From assembly GCF_037042905.1 (NCBI RefSeq), contig NC_087252.1, forward strand, positions 18,974,001 through 19,038,000: 64,000 nt of DNA. The letters are read 5' to 3'. Below, piece by piece: positions 12,520 through 26,815 of the stretch. This stretch comes from Lytechinus pictus (Eukaryota). Position 1 is the stretch's first letter. Every line of letters begins with the position of its first letter. The position numbers and the translations under genes are program-made. The notes under the pieces are model-generated. The model was not told the origin of the DNA. It made no database searches and worked only from the letters and a program-made list of their open reading frames with translations.

Positions 12520-15500
12520 AAGGCGTCTTGTCAAAGGTGTGCATGCGTCTTTTCCTTTATATTCTACGGCGAACCCGTTGAACGTGCCATTGTCCATTTT
12601 CCTTACCTACGGGTCAGTGCTCTTGCCATTCAAGACGCCAGCGTGCCCTTTTGCAGCGAAAACGGAAGCGTGCGCTTTTATCTTTTCTTTTGACACTCCC
12701 GGTTGGCTCTCCGATAAGATGTTTTTGCATGAGCGCCCTCTATGTCCACGATATCGACGTTTTAGGCAAACTATTAAACGCCCGATCTCTAGTCACTGAT
12801 CTGAATATCGTTGTGTCCTTGTATCGGTGTGCCTAGTCCAGTGGGGTATATTTTCCAAAGTTACGCTTTCACAATTTCTTTTGATAATTTTTCGTATCGG
12901 GTTTCAGTATATGACAAAGTTCAATTAGATTTAGATTTCATTTCTTTAATAGAACAATTAAGCTTTAGCCCTTCAGCACGAGCATGTTGTTTTATTTTGA
13001 AGAACATAACGTTAAGATATTGAATTTCTGAAAGTAAGTGTTCAGGCGCGGGTAGAAACTTATTTATGCACACATAATACAGATGCCGTGCAAAACAAAC
13101 GAATAAAATATCATTAATTTGAACTTTAAAAAATAAATTGGATGCTCAAGCAGTCATATCGGTAATTGTAGCTTAAATGCACAATTCTTGAATTTCATTG
13201 CCCGAAATTCAGAACAAAAAGTACTTTCGCTACTTTGTAAGGCCATTGCAAACATCTTTACCTTCGAACGAAATCAAAAGCACTTAAAAATAAATATTGA
13301 AATTATCGAAGTTGAGGTAGTATTGACCATGAATCGAGTTGAGTGTTTATAAAGGAATTATAGCGTGTTCTATTAATCCCATTCTTAACTTTGAATTCAT
13401 TCATTCATTTATTTATTCTTTTTCCAACAAATTTTTAATGCAATAATTACAATATATAAAACATAACATCAGACAATATACATATAAATATGAATGACCG
13501 ATGAAAAATATCGCGTGAATTAAAATGCAAATTAACACATTTAAGTGACTCCGACATGATATTGGACAGGAAAATCTATATTATCTTTATACCTGGGATC
13601 CGTTTTTATTCTCTTATATAAATTTCCCCTGTGATCTAGAGTGCTCTGAGACTATAGTGTTCTTGATTACCATCCAGGAGCCACAGAACCGAAGGGGGTC
13701 TGAGGCTGAGGCATCCACAAGTACCATGATTCTATGCATGGTGACCCCACCCATTCAAACCAGTCCGCTGGGGGGGGTGACTTAATCATTTCTTTCAATT
13801 TTGCTGTTCTACTTACAATATGCAATTTTGTCAACTTAATTCTAATGGTTCCTTTTTTCATCCAACTTCATTTCTTCCTTTGAATTTTTTTAAATCTTTT
13901 CTATACCTATTATTTTTTTAACCTTTACGTTTGACTTGTACAATACGTGTATATTGCCGTTGATTTCTTCTTCCTATCAAAATTAATCTGCAATGTGTGT
14001 GTGTCAAATATTGCAAATTAGATTCCCAGTGTCTAAGGTAAACATAATTTACCGACGTAAAGATAGTAATACGAAAGCCTCTTTGGCCTATAGTTTTCCT
14101 TCCAACTTTTTATTTCACCTGTTAATCGTATAGCTGCATTCTGTATAGCTTGCATATTTAAATATACAAAATAAAAATCAATAAACGTACAGGAAATGGT
14201 AATACCTCGGTCACATTTGCTCTACGGCGGCCATACGGCGAGTCGAAAACAGAAACCTCCTATATTTAGCTGGTACAAAAACTTAAAACGACTGTTTTCG
14301 ACTCGCCTTAGAACAATTGTGACCGATGTATTTGGCATACTAGGTCAACAAGGGTGGAGTGCATGCTGGTGCGGATCCTGCCGGAGTAACACAATACAAT
14401 CCAATAGGCGCCGTATAAACAATAGTTGGGCTGTCAAAAGTATTGTGGTCTATTTTTTGACCTCTATAAAAGAAGTCAGTGGGTCTATATTCTGCACCTG
14501 GAGGGTACAGTTATGTAGTGAATCCAGGGGGGGGGGCGCATCCGGCCGGTGCGCCCCCCCCCCATTTTGAAAGCCATTATCAATTTTGTTAATATAAATA
14601 TGCCATTTCTAAACAAGTGTGCCCCCTTTGAAACTCACCGCATGTATTTTAATGAGAATATGTCGTTCATACACAAGTAATGACGTTCACTTTTGCCTGG
14701 TAAACACCCATTTTCCAAATATATTTGGTTATTAAAATACACAGAGAGATGGTAGGCAAAGAATATAACTCGAATGTTCATATTAAGCGTATACCTATAA
14801 AGAGGGAAGTTACATGCTTAATTAAAAATGTGTTGATAAAATATCAGTCGGAAGTTACGTTATAATCTGCTTAGCCAAACAGGTTTTTAAATATGTAATA
14901 TTGCTCTTTATAAAGGCAAGTATTAAACTACATTAAATGTCGAAATGTTGAGAAACATAATGGAAACAATATTAAAATGCACGTTACGAAAAGAAACAAA
15001 ATCAATGTTCTAGTATGGGGACAAAACGAGCACAAGAAAACTACCCATTTGATGCTCATTTTAATTCCCCGAAAGCCGGACGTTGAAAATAAAATGGGTC
15101 AGCGTATTGCAAGCTGTATTTAACGGCTTACCCCATTGTCAAGGTAGATTTAAATTACCCCATTCTTGATTGGGGAGACTACCCTATATTCTTGAACACA
15201 GAGGCGGTCCGACTGGTGGCGGATTTTAATAGAAAGATGACCTCTTGATTGGTTGGGGTATTTCAATAGGAGATTATCACTTTGTCAGCGCGGGTGACTG
15301 TCTTGATTCTTTGATGTTCCCCGATGTGTCTTCTACTCGAAAACCGTGTTTGCTGCTAATCCTAATTATGAGACTATTTGGCATCAAAATGAAAGCCTCA
15401 CTGCACCCTTTTCATAGATTTCGTTTGAAAATAAAATACTTACGTTTTAGGTAAAATTGGAATATGAGAAGGCGCTTTATGATATGTAAACCAAATGTGA

Positions 15501-18500
15501 TTTGTTCATAAGCATCTTTATAATAAATGTTACAAAATCAAGTTTCATAGAACAAATGTTATACTCGATTTAGTTACAGCCAAAATATTTCAAAGTCATC
15601 GAGAGGGTAACTATCAGACTAAATAATTCAAGCGTGAATTGCGAGCTTGAAAAGGGATCATTTTATCAGGGCGGATCCAGCTTTCGTCAATACAGAGAGA
15701 GGACGCAAAATGTCCCCCCCCCCCCCCTACAGCGCAAAGCTTAATTTTGTTGGTTTCTTTCAAGGGGGAGTCCAAACAGTGAAAATTAAATTAATTTATT
15801 CATCTAATAAGCCTAATCAGAGCACGAAATCTGTCAATATTATATATAATATATTTAAGGCACTTTTGTAATTATGAATAAGATGCATGAGTAATATATT
15901 TTTAACAATCAATGTGCGCGCAAATTGCCAGCTGAAAATTGTCGATAAACTGTAATAAAATGGAGATATTGATTAGTTTGTAATAGAATTAATATTGAAA
16001 TTTTCATAACTCACCAATCAAAATGCGAGCATGCAGCGCTAGCTAATACGTTTATACAATCTGACATGAATAGGGATATCTTGATAGCTAAAATGGAATA
16101 CAGGAAAATAATAGGTACCTGATACACAAAATTTTGCGCAGCGGGAGCACAAAATGTTAATAATCAGACAATAAAAAAATAAATCTTTACAGAACACTTT
16201 TTAAAAAATGATTTCAATTTCCGAGCTGAAATATGTTATGTGTATTGACTTCAAAATTTGATATTTTAAGTTCCATATGTGCAAATCACCTAAAAGGCAA
16301 TGCGAGCGCGAAGCTTGAGCGAAAATGTTATAAAATGACATGAAAGAATTTTTTAAAATTGTTTTCGAAGTCTTTGCCTCATCTTATTTATTCAATAGTT
16401 TTCCTCCTCCTATGTTTTTTTTCTCTCCTCTCCTCTCATTTCCCTTTTTTCTTTCTTTTTTTTTTCTTTCTTTCCCCCGGCTTTTTTGCTCCGCCAATAG
16501 AGGAAGGAGGGAGGGGGCGGGCCCCTTGCCCCCCAGGATCCAACTCTGGAAAAATCTACCAGAAAGTTATAAACAGGCAGATTCAAAAGAGAAATTAAAA
16601 TCCGTGTTAAAACTTTTTTTTTTTGTTTTTGTTTTGGGGGGGGGGGGGTTAAATAGCCTTTCCCGCCGCATTTGAAGCCCCTCTACGGTTTTCAGCCTAC
16701 TGTGAACTGTGCTATTACTTTAATTTTTGGTGAAAATTAGATGGCAATCCATTCTCTCTCTTTTTAATCGAAATATAGTCTATGTATTTCAGGATCATGA
16801 TTATGAAAACCTTTTATAACAAAAATGATAAAGGAAAAACGCGTCTCAAGTTGTACATGGTTCATTGCTGCATAATATACCAATCATCTTCATTTGTTAA
16901 TATTCAATCATCAACATTATCACTGATATTATTATTCGCATTATCATGTCCGTTAATATCACTTCAAAGTTATGATTATCACTATCATCATCATCATCAC
17001 CATCATCATTCATTCATTATCTATTTCCAATCGTTCTCCAATATCAATTTTATATTTTATATAATTAAAAATATATGAAAGATAATGGTAATGACTATGG
17101 TGATGCTGGTAATCATGAATATTAGATCCGTTACGTGAGATAATCTATGCGATTTTACACGCTAATCGCTACTCGATGATGGTGAAAGAAATCTTTTAAA
17201 TAGCACAAAAGAAGTCGGGACGGTAGTTACTACACGTACTTTAATACACTATATTATTACAAAAGATTCCCCATCGGACGGGCCAACGGTCTTTTGAAGT
17301 AGGTTCATCTAATCACGACAGCGGATATAGGGAATTAAAGTCTGTGAGCGTCTCCCATTGTTTTCTGTGGCGAACCCGCTGAGCATGCTATTGTCAATGA
17401 TTCTCTACTATACGGGTGAGTGATCTTGCTTTTTCATGATCATAGGCCTGGGCAAAAAAATATGAACAGTTCTATGAGTATCAACGCCAAGCAATCCTGA
17501 AAGGTCAATAATGTTCAATCCTCCTCCCACCTTATCGATTTATGAAGATAAAATTATAAGGAAATGATAGAAATGCTAACGAAGATAATACTTATAATAG
17601 AGAAATGAAGATGATTGCGATAGTAACAGCGGTGGCGACGATATTGATAACTATGGGAGGTCATAGACCATGTACACATATGCGTCAGCGCAAAGGATTA
17701 TCTTTTGTTCATAGGGGGGGGGGGACATCTAATGTTGCGTCCCCCCTAAACACAAAAGATAATCTCCTGCGCTGACGGCCATGCATGTACAGCACAAAGT
17801 ATCAGACGCAATTTCAAAAATGATTACTTGACGATTTCGATGCGAAATATTTATCATAAATCTAGATCTAGTACATTAATATACACTTATCTTTGTAGAA
17901 TTATGAAATTGCCGCTCAATATCGATGATTCTGATGATCACTAAAACAGAAAAGCATACGTGGAACAGTGTATTATAATATTGCCTCGAAAAATACCGGA
18001 CATTTGATGGAATTCCGTGCTTCTATCGCTCATTTCTCAGCACATTTAAGATTTTCTTTCACAGGGCTATTAGGCAAATATTTTTCATTTACACAAACAA
18101 ACACCGCGTTGGTAAATTTCATTTGATTCTGATCGAACAAACTTTCAGATCGTTACCACAATTGGTGTTTATCTTCAATTCCGAACATTACGTTTAATAC
18201 GTTAAACCAAGTATCAGACTAAAGTATAACTTATAAGAAGTTATACTTTAGTCTGTTATAATTATGTTGTTTATATGTTGTACTCTCATACCCCGAGAGG
18301 GGATCGATAATCACCTTTTCATGAGAATCTAACTTTGAGCTATTTTTGACATATTCAGTAAATAAAATCATATCCTACACTTTTCCTTTGCTTTTCTTTC
18401 CTCCGTTTTTTGTTCTTATTTATAGAACTTTTGGGAGTCATGGCCCCATCCTTCCATACACAGTGCTGAGCGGTTGGGGTCCGGGGCGGAGCCCTCGAAA

Positions 18501-20663
18501 CTTCTTGATATCAAAGTCATTTAAACCTCGCAGATTGCCGCTATTTTAATAAATGTTGTATGCAGTCCATCTTTTTTCCGCTCTTTAATTTCAATCATCG
18601 GCAGCCCGGTCGTGTTTTTTTTTCTTGTCCTTTTTCTTCGTTTTCCAATTAAGCTTTTTATTAATTAAATTTTACCTTCGTTTCCCGCTATTGTTACCAT
18701 TTTGTCATCTTTTAATTTATTTCCCACCGTGCTTTTGCATTACATAGGCCTAGTTCGGAATGATTTGTTCTTTCTCAAATGTTCTTCTTTCGTACATTTA
18801 CCCGCTTTCCTTCCTTTTCCATTAAAAATGTTTTTTTTCTTCGTTTTCTTTTCCCTTTCCCTTTCCTTTTCCCCTTTCCTTCCCCTTTCCCTTTCTTTCT
18901 ACCTCCCTTTTTTTCTTTTTCCCGTTTTTCTTTTATTTTCCCGGTGAAATCCGCCAGGGGGGGGGGGCAACTTGCCCCCCCCTGCCCCCCCCCCCCCCCG
19001 CCTGTTACGCCACTGGCTACGGCATGGTCTTTGATTCATGTGACATTAAATCGACGGGTTGGTTCCCCCACAGTCATTCCAATCGGGCGGAACGCGTAAT
19101 TATCATAGGTCCAAGAACTCGTGGGCAATGGCAGAGCTAGGGAAGCGATCTGCAGATGTAAGAGGGTTTCCTGTTTGCTATTCTCCCACTCCATTTTTGT
19201 CACTTGTATTTCTTATTAATCTTTTTACCTCCTCATTTCTTTATCCCTTCCCCTTGTCATGTTTCCTTGCATTAATTCTTCTTCCTTTTATCTTTGAATC
19301 TTTAATCCATTTTTTCCGTCGCCGCAAATAGGAGCCCGCTTCAACCCCTATAATCATGTTGCTTTTGTTATCTTTCCTATCCTGATAATTACTGATGTGG
19401 TATAAATGCTTTAGGTTCCTACATTAGCAATTCGATAACTATATTTCTTCTGTACACGATTTTCCCTTTCTCTTTCTCATGTTTTTCTTAAATCTTAGTA
19501 GTTATTATTATTTTTTCTTCTCTCAATTTCTTTTCACTCATTTTCCTTTTTTATTCACTTATTTTGCTCTGTATATCTTTTCATGAAATATTGCTAGAAG
19601 GGGTTTGCAATCAGATTAAAGTTGCGGCCAATTTAACTCCGAGCTTTTAGGCTTCATTTTTCTTCATTCTCTTCTTGTTACCTGAATGAACAAAGAATAA
19701 AGAACCGTTTCAGCATGGCCACTCCATGTCTAATTCCCCTCTGTTCCCCTTTCACTCTTTCCCTTCCCCCCCCCCCTTTATTTCTCCCCCATCGTCCACC
19801 AGCTCTCTCTACTTCTTTCCCCTTATTTTCTGGCTCTATCCATTTCCATATTATTTTGTCCCCCCCCCCCTCTCCCGTTGATTCTCGATCCTAAATTTCT
19901 TCCCCTTTCAAATTTCCTTTTTTTTCTCTTTCAACTGTTTTCCTCCCTATTTTTGTTCACCCTTCCTCTTCTTCCATCCCAATATTATTTTCCTATTTCT
20001 CTCTGTTTCCCCTTCATTTTCTTTCCCTATGACTTGTTAGTTTTCTTCTTCCTCTTTTCACCTTCCCTTTTGGTCCCGCTTCTTTAAAAAAAGGAGATAA
20101 AGAAATTATTGAACAAATTGAAAAAATTGAACAAACTATTAAAAACAGTTTCTAATAAATCTTTGATATATCTATGCGTAATAGTGTCAAGCTGTTCCGG
20201 TCATATTTATTTTATCATTCTATTTCCTTCTGTCTTTTTTTTTTTTTTTTTGGGGGGGGGGCTCCCGACATTTGTTTCAGATGCGAGTTATAATGAACAT
20301 TACAAATTGACGTGAATTCTACGAATGGCTTGGGCCTACGGAACGAAAATGTGCGGAATCTTATTTTCCCACCTAAAACATCATGAATTGACTCTCTTCC
20401 AATTGCAAAAAAAAAGAGGTTTTCATGGTTATTGCAGCAAATTCGAAAGATCCGTAACGATTTATGAAACGTGCGTGATTTTTTATTAAGCTACCGTGGC
20501 TTTATGAATGCACCCGAACTTCCATTACAGACATGATAGATGCGAACCACAGTTCAGAACAGTGACCCGAACTCTCCGATCCGACAGTCAATATGAAGGC
20601 ACGCATTTGTTTTGGTCGTAGAGGGAGCTATTTAGAATAGATTCTTCGGTATTTCGACAGAAA
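12520..20663 (-). pseudogene. Probably inverted segment of the death-domain gene containing degenerate exons
   Basis: Exon-like minus-strand tracts at ~12520-13027, ~17220-17440 and ~20373-20663 with several stops. The 17.3-kb tract aligns across the reconstructed junction (see findings). Confidence 0.5.
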
Positions 20664-21012
20664 TTAAGACTTGCAGGAAAGACGAACAAAAGAACGGTGG
20701 CATCAATGGGCCTTTGATGGCGGCCGTTCCTTTGAAGAGAAGGGAACGTTGGGCAGGAAAGCCGAAGCGAAAACCCGGATGCAGTAAAGACGGTATAGAA
20801 CGGTGCATGGACTTTTGACAAGCTCCCTAAGGAGATACTAGGCTTGACGAATGAAGTTGTGATTTCCTTGGGAGGTGACAATTTGGATGAGTTTACATGG
20901 TTCCGTATCTGGAAAGAAAAGATGCATTTCTCTGCGTTTACTGAAAGAGCGGCAGTGATAAAATGTCTGCAAGATTCTGGGAAAACAAGACTAGCGAGAT
21001 CAGTTATAGAAG
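20664..21012 (+). pseudogene. Disrupted exon with a death-domain-like C-terminal half
   Basis: Reads WTFDKLPKEILGLTNEVV...FRIWKEKM...ERAAVIKCLQDSGKTRLARSVIE up to a phase-1 GT donor at 21013; in-frame stops lie upstream in that frame. Confidence 0.5.
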
Positions 21013-21333
21013 GTAATCCATAAGCACAGACAAAATATATACATGTACTTACGTAGACAGTCGGAAACTATCTGCATACGATGTTTTTTTCATTTGAAAG
21101 TTGCAATCTCGTTGCTAATTAGGGAAGTTAAAATAAAGGAAATGCTTACGCTAAGTTGTATATTTAATTCAGCTGAATAGTACAAAATTCATTATTGAAT
21201 GATTTATTCATAATGCGCATTTGATTTGAAATAATTAAAATCTGAATTTTCTCATGAATTGGCAAAAAAGAGAAATTATATTAGTGAGACTCATTTTTGG
21301 TCGTCCTACATTTTGTTTTTTCTTTCTTTGTAG

Positions 21334-21692
21334 GCAAGTTCATACCAGATGAGATAAGCCTCTCCTTCATTAAACACTTTGTAAAGAAGGCGACAACTAA
21401 CATGCAGTTGAAAAAGTTGGCTGCAGCGCTGGGTCTTCAGAAGGAGGTTCAGCAAAAGGAACAGTCGGTTGATGCCATTAGTGAGGCTATTTGGAACAGA
21501 CTTGTAATCAGTAGGAGAGGATCCGAAAATATTTCAGAAAGTGGTTCCAAAGCCAGCAAAAAGTCACAAGTGGTCAAACAAAGTCGGTTGGAACAAAATC
21601 ATCTTCATAAGCTTGCCGAGCAAGCTGACAATCTTGTATATAGCGGTTTCTTGGACTTGGCTCGCGAAATTTTGATTATTTACCAACAGTAA
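21334..21692 (+). CDS. Terminal exon, death-domain-like module
   Basis: Strong pyrimidine tract and TAG acceptor at 21331-21333, phase 1 matching the donor at 21013. Peptide ...LKKLAAALGLQKE...LVYSGFLDLAREIL, then stop. Confidence 0.6.
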
Positions 21693-21809
21693 AGACCGGT
21701 ATATTTTATAACAACTGGCCTTGTTTTCGTAGTGATGAAAGTCAATTTAGCATCTGAATATACTTTAAATATTACCACCATAATGACTATTGCAAGTCTG
21801 AAACACAGA

Positions 21810-24800
21810 GGCCCGTATTCTGATAGCAGGTTTAATCTAACCCTAGTCTAAAGTTAACCCTGGTTTAACTAAACCTCCTCTAAACCTCACCTCTGGTCTA
21901 AGTGTAGTTTAATTAGTTTGGTATTCTGATAGCCAGGTTTAACTAAACCTGGGTTAAACCCGAGTTTAAAATTCTTTTTGTAAATAATAACCCTCTTTTA
22001 ACCAAGACTAGCACTTTTTTGGTAAATTACTGCTGCAGGGATGACTGCAACAGAGTTGAAAAAATGTCACTAAAGTAGTTTTTTCTTAAGAATTTGGATT
22101 TTATGGAAACTAATTACAACTATTGTAGTGAAAGAAAAGCATTCATCATCCATATATGGTAAGAAATTTCCATTCACATTATCTTAATTTTCAACCCCAA
22201 ACCGAGTGACCTGCACAGTTTTTTGTGTATCAGTCCCATTAATTGCTTTTCATGTTTGTCAAAATCTAAATTAACTAGATTCCCCTCACCCACTCTAGAC
22301 TAGAGTAGAGTCTAGACTCTAGTCCTAGATCTAAAACAATAAGTTAAATGGTCGACATCTTTATTCTAACTTTAAGTAAGGGAAACTTTTTTTAACTTTT
22401 GAGAGTAGTCTTGGGTCTAACATTAGGCCTATAGTTAGATCTAGCCTAGGCCAACAATTGTTTGGAGCAGAATTACTCAGTCATTGTTTTGACTTTTTTA
22501 CTTTCCTGAAGCCAAACGTACCGTAGTCTATTTAGTGGAGCAACCGAGACTGAAGCTACATATTGGTCTAGGCTAAGAACAACATTCAGGACTTAGGCTG
22601 GCTTAGCCTTGGGACAGGGATGGATATAGATTGCTTTTCTAACCTTAGATCTAGTGGAATAGATCTGATTTATCTTACATAGACAAAAAGCTTTGAACAG
22701 TCTCTGCATTGGTTGTTCCGCTGAACTATAACAGTCTACGTCGGCCTTTCTCACCAAGGCAATGTGATATGACAGTAAAATGTCAGAATTTTTAAAATAA
22801 ATCTCGTTAGATCTGACTATCGCTGCATTGCTTGCCAAGTAACTAACTTAGGCCTGGCAAAATTTAGAATTAGTCCTAGACATCTATCTACTCCTGTTTT
22901 AGGTCCATATCTGTTTCCTTGAAGTTTTTTTATTTAAACATTTTTGGGGACTCGTTTAGGTTTCCAGGTCCAGGACTAGAAAACAGGCCTTAACCTAGAC
23001 CAACGGCTTAGTCTTGACTAGAAAACAGGCCTAAACCTAGACCAACGGCTCAGTCTTGACTAGACTAGGCCTGACCTAGATTTATGTAAGAATTTAGATC
23101 TAGGCCTAATGTTAGTCTGTGCTATATATTCATTTTAGATTCTATTTCTAGCCTAGCCGGTAGCCCTAATGTTAGTACTGGTTGATCTAGTCTACTGTAT
23201 GATCTAGAATCTCTAACGCTGGCCTAGGCTAGATCTAGACTAAATAATTTAGACTAAAAGTTAGACCCTATCTAGACCTAGAACTGGATCTATAACAATC
23301 TCGGTCTACATATAATAGGTCTAGATCTAGAGATTTGTAGACTCTCAACATGCTCAATGTAGATTCCTAAATCAAAAAAATAGTAAATGTAGGCTAGTCT
23401 ACAGTAGATCTAACGTTACTCATCTAACGTGAGGCCTTTAAAGGAAGTAACGTGAGGCTAGAGATCTAACGTTGGATTATTTATATTGCTAGATCTAAAG
23501 GATCTAGATCTAGGCCTAGATCTAAAGCTAGGGACTGTAGTTCGAGACACAGTTTCCAACAGTTTGCAACACAGTTTCCAACACGCACAAATATATGTCT
23601 TGCAGATCTATACCTCAAAACCAATGTGTGAGACAACTTTTATAAGAATTGGTTGAAAACTAATGAAGGAATTCAGATTTTCACCTAATTTCTTTATGTG
23701 ATATGTTGTTACCATGGCAACACAATTTCTGATACAGGCAAAAATATGTCTTAGACATCTTCACCTCAACATTAATGTATGTGCCAATTTTTTAAGAGAA
23801 TCGACCAGTTGGAAACTGATAAAGTAGTTTAAATCACTAGATTTTCATCTAACTTTGATGTTTGATTTGTTACCATGGCAACATGATTTTTTTTATTAAG
23901 TCTTAAAATATATTTTGCACATCTTCACATCAAGACTAATGTTTGTGCCACATTTCATGAGAATTGGTTAAAACTGAGAAAAAAGTTGGAATTGAAAAAA
24001 ATTTTAATAGTTTTTGCCATAATATACCGTTACCATGGCAACACAATTTCCGACACATGCAAAAATGTGTCTTGCAAATCTTCACCTCAAGACTTATGTA
24101 TGTGCCAAATATCATGAGAAATGGTTTAAAAACAATAAAGTCATTAAAACCACAAGTTTTTCACCTAATTTTTCGATATTTAATATGTTGTTACCATGGC
24201 AACGCAATGTTATACTTAAGGCATAGAATATGTTTTGCACATCTTCACAATAAGACTAATTTATGTGCCAAATTTCATGAGAATTGGTTAAAAACTGAGG
24301 AAGTAGTTGGAACAGCAAGATTTATACATAGTTTTTGCCATAATATACCGTTACCATGGCAACACAATTTCCGACACATGAACAAATTTGTCTTGCACAT
24401 CTTTACCTCAAAACCAATGTGTGAGCCAACTTTCTTGAGAACTGGTAGAAAACTGATGAAAGTATTTTAAACGGCACAATTTTGGCCATAATATACTGTT
24501 ACCAAGGCAACACAATTTCCAAAAAAGAAAAAAAATATTATTATACCTCCTTACCCTGAGACCAATGTGTGTTCCAAATTTCATGAGAATCGGTTAAAAA
24601 CTGAGGAAGTAGCTTGTAATGCAATATAGGCATACATTCTAAAAAAATGTTGGCCATGATTTGTTGGATTTAAACCAGGCTTAAACTACCCCCTGCGCGA
24701 GTTTAACTTTTTAAGGATTTATTACCACACTTAGACCAAGGGTTAACTTAAACCTTGCTATCGGAATACGAAACTCAAACCTAGGTTTAAATATGGCAGT

Positions 24801-24855
24801 TTATTACCACACTTAGACTAGGGTTAAGTTAAACCACGCTATCAGAATACGGGCC
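21810..24855. mobile_element. Non-autonomous PIF/Harbinger-like DNA transposon
   Basis: TIR GGCCCGTATTCTGATAGC...GCTATCAGAATACGGGCC; 3-bp AGA on both flanks (21807-21809, 24856-24858). Confidence 0.75.
23540..24620 (+). repeat. ~160-bp satellite array inside the Harbinger-like element
   Basis: GTTACCATGGCAAC-type motif recurs at 23708, 23869, 24029, 24190, 24350 and 24498. Confidence 0.85.
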
Positions 24856-25394
24856 AGATAGTTTAATACTGTTTTTCCGATCTTAATTATTAATCAACAG
24901 GAATTGTCGGAAAGAGACCTTCCAATAAATTCGAACTTGTCCTCTTCATTTTGACACGAAATATGATATGAATTGTTTACGTAAAGATGAGCAAGAAGAA
25001 TAGGAAGAGTAAATTTCAACACCAAGTTGAACAGGAAATTTAATCGAGATTTGTTCGCGACTATCTGACCTTGCGTACATCATTGGCTTCTCATTTGTAT
25101 AAAGAGTATTTCACCTGTTCATTCACTTAGCTCTTAATAAGAGGGGGTGCAGATTTACATACGCAAATCGTTTTTTTTTTTAATCTTAAAATTGATTGAT
25201 TTTACTCTGCAATGTGTGTACAATTCAGTATTTGGTCTCGAATCAAAGAAGCGATTTCATTTTTACGATTAATTTTATGATCGAAACACTTCTCATTATT
25301 TCGAAATCTAACTCTAAAGACGGGATTCTTTTTTGTGATGCATTGTGCGTATATTTGTGTGTGTGTGGGTGTCTGTGGGTGTGTCTTTCATAGT

Positions 25395-25583
25395 AGGCCT
25401 TGCTGTGCGCACCAGGATCGGTAGACTAGCTTAGCTGGGGTAATATAGGCACGCCTTGAGTACTTAGCAAGGTGGATACCTAAGCTATACATATCCTATA
25501 TTCTCCTTCTTCTTCTTCTTCTTCTTCTTCTTCTTCTTCTTCTTCTTCTTCTTCTTCTTCTTCTTCTTCTTCTTCTTCTTCTT

Positions 25584-25614
<31 letters not shown>

Positions 25615-25630
25615 TTATTATTATTATTGT
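25395..25630 (+). mobile_element. SINE/LINE 3' end with an expanded (CTT)n(ATT)n tail
   Basis: CGCCTTGAG...GGTGGATAC...GCTATA 3'-end motif of L2-type retroposons, followed by a long trinucleotide tail at 25501-25630. Confidence 0.5.
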
Positions 25631-26776
25631 TATTCTAATTTGTTCATGCATATTCATGATTGTGGTTGTGTCATTATCAACTGATTAAGAATAACAATTT
25701 CTCCACTTACGCTTAATATTATGCGTCTCTATTATTATTATTATTATTATCATGCTTGATAATCTACGTGTTTCCATGACTACCATAATCATAAATGCAT
25801 CTATTATTTCAATATCTTGTTACTGTGAGTTTCGTATCCCTAACAAAAACCCTTGATTTTCGTCAATATTTTGGATAAGGATTGGAAATAAACTTTTTGT
25901 TTGACCTAAATGCATTACCTCGCAATGATACACTCTTTGTCTCTCTTAATATATATACATGTGCATACATGTACATATATACACTTACACAGAGTGAGTG
26001 AGAAAAAATATCCCATTTTTACAAATCTTTGCATGCATTTTCTGACGACGAGACAGAATGTCGCAAAGTCCCAGTTGCGGCAGGTTTATGGGTGAAGAAT
26101 AAAACGAAGTAAGAAAAATGTGTGTACAGACAAAAAGATGCCAACCCTTCTTTCTACATAGAGAGGCACAATCACACACACACACATATCACATAACCTT
26201 TCCCACATACACACCCCACCCTCAACCACATACACTTGCAAAAAGCTTAGCATAATTTCTTCCAAATCAGGCAAGTTATTTCGAAAGTTTCACAATTGTT
26301 TATTGTTTATCAACAAAAAACATAACCAATAAGAAAGAGAAATGTAAACATTACATTATCTTGTATTATGAAATGTTTAAGAAATGTGAATGGATTGAGG
26401 GAAGGGTGCATGGGTGTGTTTGTAGAAGAGAGTCGATATACTATGTGTGAAGAGGGGTAAAAGCTTGAGTGTGGATGTGTGTGAGCAGAATAATGGGTAG
26501 GTATCATACTCTGTGCACACAGATTCTTTTTCACGCTTTGTCTCATTCCTCAATCTGGAACTGAGATTTTACGATCTTTTTTTTTTTTTTTTTACTACAC
26601 GTTGCGAATATTTCCTATCAGTTTACTCTAATACATAATAATAATGTAATACATCTCACTAGCATTTCGTTCCTTTTTTTCAATAGTTAAAGCTTTTTAT
26701 TAATCGTTTTCCTTTAAAAAGAAAAATTAGATTTTTAGGTTTTTGCTAAGTAATAAACATATCATAATTGTATTTT

Positions 26777-26815
26777 GCCTCCGACGAAGATTCTGCTAGG
26801 ATCGAAAGCTTAGGC
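26777..26815 (+). ncRNA. Minimal type I hammerhead-ribozyme-like motif (variant core CCGACGA)
   Basis: GCCT-CCGACGA-A-GATTCT(GCT)AGGATC-GAAAGCTT-AGGC: stems I and II pair and stem III is palindromic. Confidence 0.55.

Noticed and set aside
12520..12693. C-terminus of ORF 11860-12693 as genuine protein
   Set aside because: It reads through the inferred inversion breakpoint into antisense sequence.
16340..20087. Phe/Leu/Ser-rich ORFs resembling membrane proteins
   Set aside because: They are translations of polypyrimidine tracts in MITE interiors and low-complexity DNA.
23964..24470. 168-aa ORF
   Set aside because: It lies wholly within the ~160-bp satellite and has no recognisable domain.
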